DNA of 63,215 bases from a virus. Taxonomy: Duplodnaviria > Caudoviricetes. Location: positions 1-63,215 of IMG/VR virus record IMGVR_UViG_3300020021_000008; one strand, written 5' to 3'. Shown in pieces: positions 28,827-37,636 of the stretch (the stretch's first letter is position 1; each line of letters starts with the position of its first letter). A program made the translations under genes and the position numbers. The notes under the pieces are model-generated. The model did no database searches. It was not told where the DNA came from and saw nothing but the letters and a program-made list of their open reading frames with translations.

Positions 28827-28994
28827 GTGCTCCGGCAGTGGCGACACCCAATACTGAAACTAGCATTCCTGTCGGTGTTGGCAGGAGGAGTGGGTTACGT
28901 ACTTGGTGTAGCGTTTCCGCTGCCTTGGAATATAATTGCGTCAACTGTCAGTGGTGTATGTTTCGGGAGGTTCTACATACGCTGGAGCCGATAA
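28827..28994 (+). CDS. 55-aa two-TM membrane protein between the Tas gene and the array (below the ORF-track cutoff)
   Basis: GTG 28827: MLRQWRHPILKLAFLSVLAGGVGYVLGVAFPLPWNIIASTVSGVCFGRFYIRWSR*. Confidence 0.5.
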   Translation: MLRQWRHPILKLAFLSVLAGGVGYVLGVAFPLPWNIIASTVSGVCFGRFYIRWSR

Positions 28995-31106
28995 TGTCGA
29001 GAGTACCGTTATAACGGAGTAACTGAGACCACCGTAGCCAGGAGGCGCGAGTGTGCTAATAGTGGAGAGCAGGCCAAGGCCACTTGAGCCATCATCCACG
29101 AGTGTACCAATGAATGGGAGCGAGCCGCAAGCTATGAGTGTACCGGTATTCTGGAGCGAGCTGGAAAACGTGAGTGTACCGTTCTGGACGAGCCGGGGCC
29201 AGACGAAACTACCGAGTGTACCGATTAAGGTGATCGAGCCCAGTCGAATGAGTGTACCAAACTAGGCGAGCCAGCAGAGGTGAGTGTGCCATCAACGCTG
29301 AGCAAGCCGAGAAGTTGGAGTGTGCCGAAAGCTCTGTGCGAGCCGCGTTGTAGGAGTGTACCGCGTCCCACGAGCCCAGACGTGATATCTGAGCGTACCG
29401 ATTAAGGTGATCGAGCCACCACCTTTGAGTGTACCATGTTTGTAGAGCCCGAAGTTGTGAGAGTACCATCTATGGAGAGCATCTAACCGTGTAGTGAGAG
29501 CGTACCGTGCAAGAAGAGCGAGCCGGGAGTCTCGAGTGTGCCATGTTTGTAGAGCGAGCCCGAGGCTTTGCCTCAGCCAGCGACGATGAGAGTACCGCCG
29601 ACATGAAGCAGAGCACTTCGTGCTTCAGCCGTCATACTCGAGTGTTCCGGAGTATCTGAGCAAGCCAGCCCTCGTGAGTGTACCGTCGAACCTGAGCGAG
29701 CCAGGGGACATGAGTGTTCTGGAAGTGTGGAGCGGCAAGTCGAAGCGAGCCGGTAAGTGTGAGTGTACCGTGTGGAGCGAGCCGAGACGTGTGAGTGTGC
29801 CGAAAACTCTGAGCCACGCGCAGCCGTCGTTCGAGAGTGTGCCACAGCTATTGAGCCGGAGCGCGTGAGAGTACCATGTATCGCGAGCAGCCGAGAACTG
29901 CTAGTGTGCCGTGCAGTTCGAGCGGGCCACAGAACCTGAGCGTACCGTGCTATTGGAGCAGGGGCAAAGCCCACTCAGCCCCAACGGCTGAGAGTACCGT
30001 GGCAAACGAGCCGAGAGATGTGAGTGTGCTAGGGCATTTGAGCCAAGATACAGGAGTGTACCGCCCGCAGCGAGCCGAGGCCGCGAAGCGGCCTCTCTAG
30101 CCAATGATATCGAGTGTACCGTGAATAGGGAGCCCCAGAGCCGAGGCCATCGAGAGTACCAAGTTTCGCGAGCCAAAAGCACAGTGTGTACCGTACTGGA
30201 CGAGCCCCGACAGTTGAGCGTGCCGAGGTATCTGATCGAGCCGGATAGCAGGAGTGTACCGAGTTTGGAGAGCCAGGGTACGGGAGTGTACCGCCTGACA
30301 GGAGCTCCAGCGTGAGGCCAGCCGGATTGTCGGAGTGTGCCGCTTCCCACGAGCAAGCCCGGGTTGTTGAGTGTGCCATTTGGGCTGAGCCAAGCCAACA
30401 CCCGTGAGTGTACCAATGTCCTTGAGCGAGCCGACATGTTTGAGTGTACCGGAGTGTCAGAGACCACCAGCCGTGTCCTATAAGTGTGCCACAACTGTCG
30501 AGCCGATAGTCTTGAGTGTGCCAACATTACAGAGCAAGCCAACTGGCGCGAGTGTACCAAGCCTCTGGAGCAATAGTTGCTGCCCTAGCCGGAACAGCTG
30601 AGTGTACCGCCTTGCATGAGCAGCCGCCAAGCTTGAGTGTACCGTAATTACGGAGCCAACTGGTGTGAGTGTGCCAATCCTCTGGAGCCAACTCATGCGA
30701 GTGTACCGTACTTGTGGAGCAGCCGTCGGCCGTGTAGTGTACCGAGTGATGTGAGCAGCCATTTGATGGGAGTGTACCGTGCTGTTAGAGCAGCGAAGCC
30801 ACCTTTAGCCACAACTACTGAGAGTACCGGAATTCTGGAGCGAGCCAAGTGGAGTGAGTGTACCATGACTGCAGAGCCCCACAGACGAATGTCCCGAGTG
30901 TACCATGATTGCTGAGCCGCAAGGTCCGAGTGTGCCAAGGCAATAGAGCCGAGTCGAGGCCCGAAGGGCCTCTAGCCTGAAATCGTGAGTGTACCAAACC
31001 ATAGGAGCTGGGCTTCACCATCAGCCACAAGGGTAGAGTGTACCAAAGTCATGGAGCGGCGAAGCCGCTCTCAGCCAAAACACCAGAGAGTACCATCGAT
31101 ATGGAT
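28985..31106 (+). ncRNA. TIGR-like tandem dual-spacer guide-RNA array, about 54 units
   Basis: Unit AGCC-N9-GAGTGT(A/G)CC-N9-GAG(C), e.g. gagcgagcc-gcaagctat-gagtgtacc-ggtattctg-gagcgagct; 36-nt basic period; 54 central repeats counted by hand. Confidence 0.88.
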
Positions 31107-32633
31107 CGCGCTGACATTATCCCTACCCCAGAACAATCCGCCATCATCGACGCAGCGATCAATTCTCCGCTGTCCCTCATGATCAGCGCCGATGCCGGTT
31201 GTGCCAAGACCACTGCGCTTGAACTCGCCGCATGGGCCATGCCTCCAGGGCCATCGCTCGCCCTCGCCTTCGGAGTGAAAAACAAAACCGAACTCGAGCG
31301 TCGGTTCCCTCCTCACTTCACGGTGCTGACGCTGAATGGCCTCGGCCACCGGGCTTGGGGCCGAGCGTCCCGCCAGACCCTAATAGTCGATGAGCGTAAA
31401 GTCGGAAGGTTGTTAACTGCTGTGGCTAAGGACCAGGGCTATGCACTGTCGAAAGAGCAGTGGAGTGACGTCCGCTCTATCGTGTCGCACGCTCAGCACT
31501 TGGGCCTGGTCCCCAGTGACTATCCTCACAAGGGTCTCATGGTGGACACGCCGGAGAGCTGGGTGGACATTGCCGATGCGCTGCTCGTCACCGACGCCGA
31601 GCCCCTCCTGCCATTGGCCAGATCCGTGCTCTGTGCTGCCATTGCCGAGTCGTTCACGGGCCTGATCTCCTACGACGACCAGATCTACATGAGTGCTCTG
31701 TTCAACGGGAATTTTCCTCGCTTCCCGAGGGTGTTCGTGGACGAGGCCCAGGACCTCTCCCCCATCAACCACCTCCAGATTAAGCGAACCCTCCTCGACC
31801 GTCTCATTGTCGCCGGAGATGACAAGCAGGGGATATACGCCTGGAGAGGTGCCGACAGTAGTTCCATGCGCTCCATGCGAGCACTCCGCAAGGATTGGCT
31901 AGACCTGAGGCTCTCGGTGACCTTCCGCTGCCCGCGAGTCGTAGTGGCTCGCCAGCAGTCCCACGCCCCAGGTTTCACGGCAGCACCAGCCAACGCCGAC
32001 GGCGAGATCTGGGACTGGAGCTTCAACCACGACCGTTGGACCTGGGCCACCATTGGCGCCGAGCCCAAGCAGTCCGTAGCCATTCTCTGCCGCAACAACG
32101 CTCCCCTCATGGCGATTGCCATGAAGCTCATTCGCCAGGGTGTCGGGGCGGTGATGCTTGGGAGAGAGATCGGAAAGGGCCTAGTCTCGCTGGCCAAAAA
32201 GATCATCCCTCTCGATAGCATTCCCGCCTCCGAGTGCCGAAGGTTGATCCTGCAGTGGGCCTCGGACCAGATCGAAGTTGCTGCCGCCAACGACAAGCAC
32301 GAGAAAATCGCCGGTTTCGAGGATCGCCGAGACAGCCTCCTCGCTGTGCTGGACTCCGGTCCGCCTAACTCCGGTGCCATGCGCAAGGCGCTCGACGAAT
32401 TGTTCTCCCGTGCCTCTGGCCGAGTGACCCTCTCCACCATCCACAAGTTTAAGGGCCTCGAAAGTGATATTGTCGTCCACCTCGATCCGTGGCGAGTCCC
32501 CTCGAAGTGGGCGCGCTTAGCGTTGTCTGCCGGCGACGACAGACCCATGATGCAGGAGTTGAACCTTCGCTACGTAGTGGAGACTCGTACTCGCCATACT
32601 CTAATACTTGCCAACTTGGAGGATTTCCAATGA
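31101..32633 (+). CDS. UvrD/Rep-like SF1 helicase
   Basis: PTPEQ, ADAGCAKTT (variant Walker A), VFVDEAQD, GDDKQGIYAWRGA, TFRCP, STIHKFKGLE, YVVETR. Confidence 0.9.
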   Translation: MDRADIIPTPEQSAIIDAAINSPLSLMISADAGCAKTTALELAAWAMPPGPSLALAFGVKNKTELERRFPPHFTVLTLNGLGHRAWGRASRQTLIVDERKVGRLLTAVAKDQGYALSKEQWSDVRSIVSHAQHLGLVPSDYPHKGLMVDTPESWVDIADALLVTDAEPLLPLARSVLCAAIAESFTGLISYDDQIYMSALFNGNFPRFPRVFVDEAQDLSPINHLQIKRTLLDRLIVAGDDKQGIYAWRGADSSSMRSMRALRKDWLDLRLSVTFRCPRVVVARQQSHAPGFTAAPANADGEIWDWSFNHDRWTWATIGAEPKQSVAILCRNNAPLMAIAMKLIRQGVGAVMLGREIGKGLVSLAKKIIPLDSIPASECRRLILQWASDQIEVAAANDKHEKIAGFEDRRDSLLAVLDSGPPNSGAMRKALDELFSRASGRVTLSTIHKFKGLESDIVVHLDPWRVPSKWARLALSAGDDRPMMQELNLRYVVETRTRHTLILANLEDFQ

Positions 32634-33031
32634 CCAGCAAGTCCGGAGTGTCTCGGCGGACTACTCGGCCCTCCGAGCCCATCAACCACAACCCCTCTCC
32701 AGCCGTCGAGTACGTCGCAATCCACCCCTCAGGGCGCGAGGACCGCTTTATCGCCCGACTCCCGATCCGCCCCACCTACAACGAAATTGCCAAGGTGGTC
32801 GCCCCGCACTTTCCCAATGCCAAGTTCGAGCACGTAAGTGTCCTCTGGGATCACAAGCCTCTTGATATGTTCGTGGATGAGAGCAGTCAGATTAAAGGCC
32901 TTCCAAAGAACATTCGCGCTACGAAAATCTATCGCAACAACTGGATGCAAACTCACCCAGCAGCAGACCCCGAAGCGTTGCCCGACATTGCTGGACTGGC
33001 GCTATTGTTCTTCCGTCGCATCTGGTACTGA
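32630..33031 (+). CDS. Hypothetical protein (DUF3846-like)
   Basis: GGAGG RBS; DMFVDE...KGLPKNIRAT..IAG. Confidence 0.65.
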   Translation: MTSKSGVSRRTTRPSEPINHNPSPAVEYVAIHPSGREDRFIARLPIRPTYNEIAKVVAPHFPNAKFEHVSVLWDHKPLDMFVDESSQIKGLPKNIRATKIYRNNWMQTHPAADPEALPDIAGLALLFFRRIWY

Positions 33032-33070
33032 GGCGCACTTGCGCCTCACTTTAACTCAGGAGTAACTGTA

Positions 33071-33508
33071 ATGCCCTTCGATGCAACACCAGCGATCGTC
33101 GACACTTACGTCCCCGAGGACCACACCTGGGCCAGCAAACACCTGAGCCCCCGTGAGCACGGAGCCCTGGTTTGCGTTCGCGATGATCTCCGCTCGGGCA
33201 AAATCCCCTCGGAGAACTTCAACATGAACACCTTCACCAGTTCACGAAGCTGCGGCACAGTCCACTGCATTGGCGGCTGGATGACCACCTACATGAGAAT
33301 GGAGTTCAGCGAGGCCGAAGTGCTGCACACCGACACTCGCTTTCAGTCGCTATTCTTCGGCTATTCAAACTGTAGCGATTTCAGTCCGACGGCTGCCGCC
33401 GATACCATCGACCACTTCTTTGCCACCGGGGTTGGCTGGCAACAACTAAGCATCTTTCCCTCACCAGACCAAGGCTACTTAATCCCTCTCAACCTACTTT
33501 TGTTCTAG
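33071..33508 (+). CDS. Hypothetical protein (MPFD start)
   Basis: AGGAG RBS; FNMNTF..CGTVHCIGGW. Confidence 0.7.
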   Translation: MPFDATPAIVDTYVPEDHTWASKHLSPREHGALVCVRDDLRSGKIPSENFNMNTFTSSRSCGTVHCIGGWMTTYMRMEFSEAEVLHTDTRFQSLFFGYSNCSDFSPTAAADTIDHFFATGVGWQQLSIFPSPDQGYLIPLNLLLF

Positions 33509-33518
33509 GAGCCCCATC

Positions 33519-33875
33519 ATGCCCTTCGACGCCACTCCCTCCTACGCCCTTCTTAATCTCACTGACGCCGAGCGTGATGCTCTCACTCATGTCCGCGATG
33601 CCCTAGCCTCCGGCTGGATTTCTCCACAGGACTTCGACATGCGTCGCTACGGCAGTGGTCCCTGCTGCATCGGCAAGCACATGCAAAAGATCATGTACGA
33701 TCGCTGCGGAAGCGGTTTTGATCTAATGGACTCTCGCTTCGCAGAACTTTTCCATTTTTGCCAGACTGGCGACAGCCTCGTATACGCTGCCACTCCTGCC
33801 CAGGCCGTTGTCGCCATCGATAGCTTTCTGGCTACCGGCCGTCCCCATTGGGCTCGAGCCCTAGCGTCGGTATAG
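33519..33875 (+). CDS. Paralog of 33071 (MPFD start)
   Basis: AL..VRD.L.SG.I....F.M..CIG..LF..ID.F.ATG shared with 33071. Confidence 0.7.
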   Translation: MPFDATPSYALLNLTDAERDALTHVRDALASGWISPQDFDMRRYGSGPCCIGKHMQKIMYDRCGSGFDLMDSRFAELFHFCQTGDSLVYAATPAQAVVAIDSFLATGRPHWARALASV

Positions 33876-33889
33876 GAGCACCTCTCGCC

Positions 33890-34216
33890 ATGCCCCGCGA
33901 TTACCGCTTCATCGACAAAGACCCAGTAGTGGACCTGTTGCGAACCCTGCTGGAGGGGCGCCTTCCTCGTGGCACCATCAACCGCCTCGCAGTCGACGCC
34001 CACCTAGCACCCAGCACCATCATGAAGCTCTTCTACGGTGACACCAAGCGCCCGCAGAACTTTACCGTGGACAACCTGCTGAGAGCGATGGGGTACGAGC
34101 GACAGCTGGTGCGATTTGAGGTTCGCACTGTGGTGGATAATGGAGAGGCCAAGGCGGACGAGGTGTCCACCAAGGCCACCACTCCCATTCGGCGCAAAAC
34201 CAAGGAGAAACCCTAA
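33890..34216 (+). CDS. XRE-type HTH regulator
   Basis: INRLAVDAHLAPSTIMKLFYGDTKRPQNFTVDNLLRAMG. Confidence 0.7.
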   Translation: MPRDYRFIDKDPVVDLLRTLLEGRLPRGTINRLAVDAHLAPSTIMKLFYGDTKRPQNFTVDNLLRAMGYERQLVRFEVRTVVDNGEAKADEVSTKATTPIRRKTKEKP

Positions 34217-34557
34217 TGCCAGCTTACGACGAAATCGCCTGGGAGAAAATCCCAAACCAGCAAAACTCCTTCATGACCACCGCGGTGCAGGAGTACATCA
34301 TGCACGGCAATCACCCAGGAGACTTTTTGCGGTGTTTCCTCTGCAATGACCTCAAAGGTGCTGCCGAGCACGCTGACGACGTGAACGGCCCCTTGCTGTT
34401 CGAATGGGTCAAGTGGTTCTACAACCAGGCCCCCTACGAGTGCTGGGGCTCGTCGCAACGTTTCTACGCCTGGATCCAGAAGGGTGGAGTCCTGGGACGA
34501 GCGCCCCAGGACAACGAGCCCACCACCCCAGAAGTCGAACCGAGGGAACTGCCATGA
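34216..34557 (+). CDS. Hypothetical protein
   Basis: HGNHPGDFLRCFLCNDL..A..AD..N..APYECWGS conserved-looking phage motif. Confidence 0.7.
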   Translation: MPAYDEIAWEKIPNQQNSFMTTAVQEYIMHGNHPGDFLRCFLCNDLKGAAEHADDVNGPLLFEWVKWFYNQAPYECWGSSQRFYAWIQKGGVLGRAPQDNEPTTPEVEPRELP

Positions 34558-34814
34558 CCGCCCCCAACACCATTTCCGAGGTCTGGGCCTGGATATCCTC
34601 CAACGAGGAGGGCGAGGGAGTGCTCGCAATCCAGGCACTCATGGATGGGGAGTTGATGTGGATGCCCCTCATCAGCGCCGACCAAGAGCGCATGGCAGCA
34701 CTCCGCCCTCAGGCGATCGGCATCGCCCAGCGCAAGCAGATGACCATCAAGCTCATCCACCTGAGCACCAGGGAGGATCTCGAGACCATCGAGCCTGGAG
34801 AGCCACTCCCATGA
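34554..34814 (+). CDS. Hypothetical protein
   Basis: ATGA overlaps. Confidence 0.65.
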   Translation: MTAPNTISEVWAWISSNEEGEGVLAIQALMDGELMWMPLISADQERMAALRPQAIGIAQRKQMTIKLIHLSTREDLETIEPGEPLP

Positions 34815-35275
34815 CCCGCCACACCGACGAGCTACTCGAAAACGCCGTGAGGTTCGCCCACGACTACTACACCACGCAGGAGGAGTTGCTACCGCAGCTG
34901 CTGTTCGAGGACGGCGAGGGCACACCAGTGGTTGTGGTGTTCCCATTCACTAACGATACCGAGAAGCACGCCTCTCTCAGCATTCTCCACGAGATGCTCA
35001 TCAACCATGAGGCCACTAGCTACACCGTGATGACCGAGGAATGGGTATCGATGCACCCAACTCCAGAGGCCAAAGCAGCGGCCGTTAGGCCGTCTCTGGA
35101 CCCGAACCATGTCGAGGTACTCACCATTGCCGTAGTGACGCGGAGTGGCGAACGCGCTGGTGCCATCTACGCAATCGAGCGTGAGGCAAGTGGCAAGGTC
35201 ACTAACCTCATCGACACCGGCGCTGAGGTAATGGCCGGAGGTACGTTCTCGCAGCTTTTCGAGCCCCAGCCATGA
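34811..35275 (+). CDS. Hypothetical protein
   Basis: ATGA overlaps. Confidence 0.65.
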   Translation: MTRHTDELLENAVRFAHDYYTTQEELLPQLLFEDGEGTPVVVVFPFTNDTEKHASLSILHEMLINHEATSYTVMTEEWVSMHPTPEAKAAAVRPSLDPNHVEVLTIAVVTRSGERAGAIYAIEREASGKVTNLIDTGAEVMAGGTFSQLFEPQP

Positions 35276-35463
35276 CCAGGCATCAGCTATTGGCCATTCG
35301 CAAGGCCATTCACGGTGCCTCAGTCGCCATTGAAACCACTCCAGACTACGACGATATCCTACCCTCTACCGCGTTCTGGCTTGGCCGAGTATTAGGCGCA
35401 GCTGGTGCCGCCATCGAGCAGATTGACCGAGACCTTGAAGCAGGTACACCACCCAGGTTATAG
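35272..35463 (+). CDS. Hypothetical protein
   Basis: ATGA overlap. Confidence 0.55.
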   Translation: MTRHQLLAIRKAIHGASVAIETTPDYDDILPSTAFWLGRVLGAAGAAIEQIDRDLEAGTPPRL

Positions 35464-35473
35464 GGAGGATAAA

Positions 35474-35710
35474 GTGAAGCATACGCTAACCACAACTTAT
35501 CAATTGGCAGATGATGAACATCTTCCAGTTGATATTACATTCAGACACTATACTGACAGTGATACGTTAGAATTCATCTGGGCCACTATCCCAGAGAGTC
35601 AACACGCCACCACTCCAAAACTCCGCATCACCATCGAGCGGTGGGCGGCGAACTGGCTCCAGGAGCACAGGGCTGAAGCCCTCGCCATCGCCAAAGGAGA
35701 GGGGCCGTAG
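35474..35710 (+). CDS. Hypothetical protein
   Basis: GGAGG RBS before GTG. Confidence 0.6.
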   Translation: MKHTLTTTYQLADDEHLPVDITFRHYTDSDTLEFIWATIPESQHATTPKLRITIERWAANWLQEHRAEALAIAKGEGP

Positions 35711-35720
35711 GCCCCTCTCC

Positions 35721-35930
35721 GTGGCCAACGAGTACAAACTCACAATCGTGCGCAAGTGCAAGCGGTGTGGCCTCCGAGGCCGTCACACTATAATTCGCAT
35801 GCGCGCGTACTACGGCCGCGAAGCCACAGCAGGGTGTTTGCACTGCGGACGGATCACCAGGGTGTATCTTACGAGGACAGAGCAGGCAAGCTACCGCTAC
35901 GGACTAAGCATAAAGGAGCCCCTAAGATGA
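35721..35930 (+). CDS. Small Zn-ribbon protein
   Basis: CKRCG..CLHCG. Confidence 0.55.
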   Translation: MANEYKLTIVRKCKRCGLRGRHTIIRMRAYYGREATAGCLHCGRITRVYLTRTEQASYRYGLSIKEPLR

Positions 35931-36016
35931 AGTGGCTAGCTCTTGTACTCGTTGTAGCATTTTTGATCATATTCCTGCTGTTGATTGCGGGACCTGAAGA
36001 CTAGAGAGGTGTTACT

Positions 36017-36160
36017 ATGGCCGAAGCTGCAGACGACGTTCTCGACGGATCGTGCTGTCAACTCTGTGGAGAGTGGTTTGACGATGTGCTTAGCGGCGAC
36101 GAACCTCCAGGGTTCCCACGTACCTGCGAGGCGTGCGAGCAGAGCGGAGTGTCCGAGTGA
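36017..36160 (+). CDS. 47-aa Cys-rich protein (not in ORF track)
   Basis: GAGGT RBS; MAEAADDVLDGSCCQLCGEWF..GFPRTCEAC. Confidence 0.55.
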   Translation: MAEAADDVLDGSCCQLCGEWFDDVLSGDEPPGFPRTCEACEQSGVSE

Positions 36161-36387
36161 TGGGCCTCACCGCAGAGCAAGGCCAAGCCCTCGTCGACCA
36201 GATTCTCACTCTGGCCAACAACGACGTAGAGGAGGCCGCGCACATGCTCGTGGAATTATCCGCTACAATGATCTGCGCCGTAATTTGGGACCCGGAACAG
36301 CGTATAGCCTCCGCGGAAGTTTTCCACCGCGGCATGCTCCACTTGATTGCACAACTCCCCACAAAGATCGAGGAGGACACCCCATGA
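36160..36387 (+). CDS. Small helical protein, paralog of 27273
   Basis: TGATG coupling. Confidence 0.6.
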   Translation: MGLTAEQGQALVDQILTLANNDVEEAAHMLVELSATMICAVIWDPEQRIASAEVFHRGMLHLIAQLPTKIEEDTP

Positions 36388-36725
36388 ACTACTACGACGA
36401 GGGACGACCGCGAGTCAGCTACCGCCCAGCCTACGTCGACAGTGTTGGTCGGCCAATTGCCCCACTTCCCAGCCTGTCGGTGTTACCGCTGCTGAATGGC
36501 GGCTACCGTATTGGAGTATGGGTGCGTACTGATTTCCACTCTGCGCGAGAGCTACACTACAAAGCCGACAGCCCCGATGACCTGTTGCAAATACTCACGA
36601 GCTTTATGAACGACCCAGAAGCTACACTGTTCAATGTGTTCGGCTACGAGGGCATGCTCCGCAACGACCCACCAGCAGGTGCGCCAGTAAAACCCACCTT
36701 ACGACTGAGCGATATCGGACTGTAG
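36384..36725 (+). CDS. Hypothetical protein ending LSDIGL
   Basis: GAGGAGG RBS, ATG 36384. Confidence 0.65.
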   Translation: MNYYDEGRPRVSYRPAYVDSVGRPIAPLPSLSVLPLLNGGYRIGVWVRTDFHSARELHYKADSPDDLLQILTSFMNDPEATLFNVFGYEGMLRNDPPAGAPVKPTLRLSDIGL

Positions 36726-36747
36726 GCGCGATCGGACTGTAGGCGCG
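36714..36747. repeat. 17-bp tandem duplication
   Basis: ATCGGACTGTAGGCGCG twice, spanning the stop codon. Confidence 0.85.
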
Positions 36748-36942
36748 GTACTCCAGTAAGGTGGTATCCACTTAGGTTTGTGGGTCAATTCATTCCTTGA
36801 ATGTGTGCCGGGCACTTTTCCCTTGCGCTCGGTCCCCATTGTGTGTCAACATACCCATACAATAAATTGATTGCCTAACTGCTTTCCCCGCCGTACCTTG
36901 CGCCCGAGGCAATCCGTCTCTATTCAGCCCAAAGGACCAATC

Positions 36943-37548
36943 ATGGCTAAGCCTGCCACCAAGCCCACCACCAATGGCGACAACTCCGCTGACTCTGGCA
37001 CCCAGACAATCCTCATCCAGGGCCTGCAGTTTTCTGCCCCCGCTCCGTACAACGAGGGCCACGTGCTCTCTGAGGCCGAGGCCAACGTGCTGAACCAGAC
37101 CTTCGGCGAGAACCTCCGCAACAACTTCGCCTCGGTGGTCAAGGCGGCTCGGACCGCACTCAATCTCCCTGACAAGACCGACCTCACCGATCCGACGGTA
37201 CTGGGGGAACTGACTGCCAAGTTCGCCGAATACGCCTCCAGCTATACGTTCTCCGGCCGACGGGCGCCGAGGATCGTGGCTGACCCTGTGGAGCGTGAGG
37301 CGATCCGCATTGCCAAGTCCATCGTCACGGAGCACCTGGCTGCTCACAAGGTCCTGGTCAAGAACCTCCCCGAGGGCCGGATGGACTCCCTAGTGTCGGA
37401 ACTCCTCTCGAAGCGCCCTGACATTCGCGTCGAGGCGAAGCGTCGGATCGATGTGACCAAGGACGCTGCGACGGAGGTGCTGGACGATCTGATCGCCAAG
37501 GCCACCGCCCCGGCGACACCGGCTGAGGCTGAGCAGCCCCAGGCCTAA
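36943..37548 (+). CDS. Hypothetical helical protein
   Basis: AAGGA RBS; APYNEGHVLSEAEANVLNQTFGENLRNNF. Confidence 0.8.
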   Translation: MAKPATKPTTNGDNSADSGTQTILIQGLQFSAPAPYNEGHVLSEAEANVLNQTFGENLRNNFASVVKAARTALNLPDKTDLTDPTVLGELTAKFAEYASSYTFSGRRAPRIVADPVEREAIRIAKSIVTEHLAAHKVLVKNLPEGRMDSLVSELLSKRPDIRVEAKRRIDVTKDAATEVLDDLIAKATAPATPAEAEQPQA

Positions 37549-37552
37549 CACT

Positions 37553-37628
37553 CTGCGGGGATGGTGATACGGCTCGGGTACTTCATCCAACGAAGCGTCC
37601 CCGATCCAGACTTTGTTCCTCTCTGCAG
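37553..37628 (+). ncRNA. Y-RNA-like unit 1
   Basis: Closing stem CTGCGGGGA/TCTCTGCAG; TGGTG..GGGTACTTC..TGTTCC motifs. Confidence 0.65.
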
Positions 37629-37636
37629 TTCCCATT

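Noticed and set aside
29029-31100. ORFs within the array, including the 31038 extension of the helicase
   Set aside because: Repetitive SVP/EP-type translations simply reflect the DNA repeats; the helicase Q-motif fits a start at 31101
28985-31106. CRISPR array
   Set aside because: Repeats and spacers are only about 9 nt and two repeat types alternate; there is no cas operon, and the Cas4-like gene sits in the replication module
28985-31106. Self-targeting guides
   Set aside because: I found no convincing paired 9+9 match by eye, and isolated 9-mer hits are expected by chance; this needs a computational search
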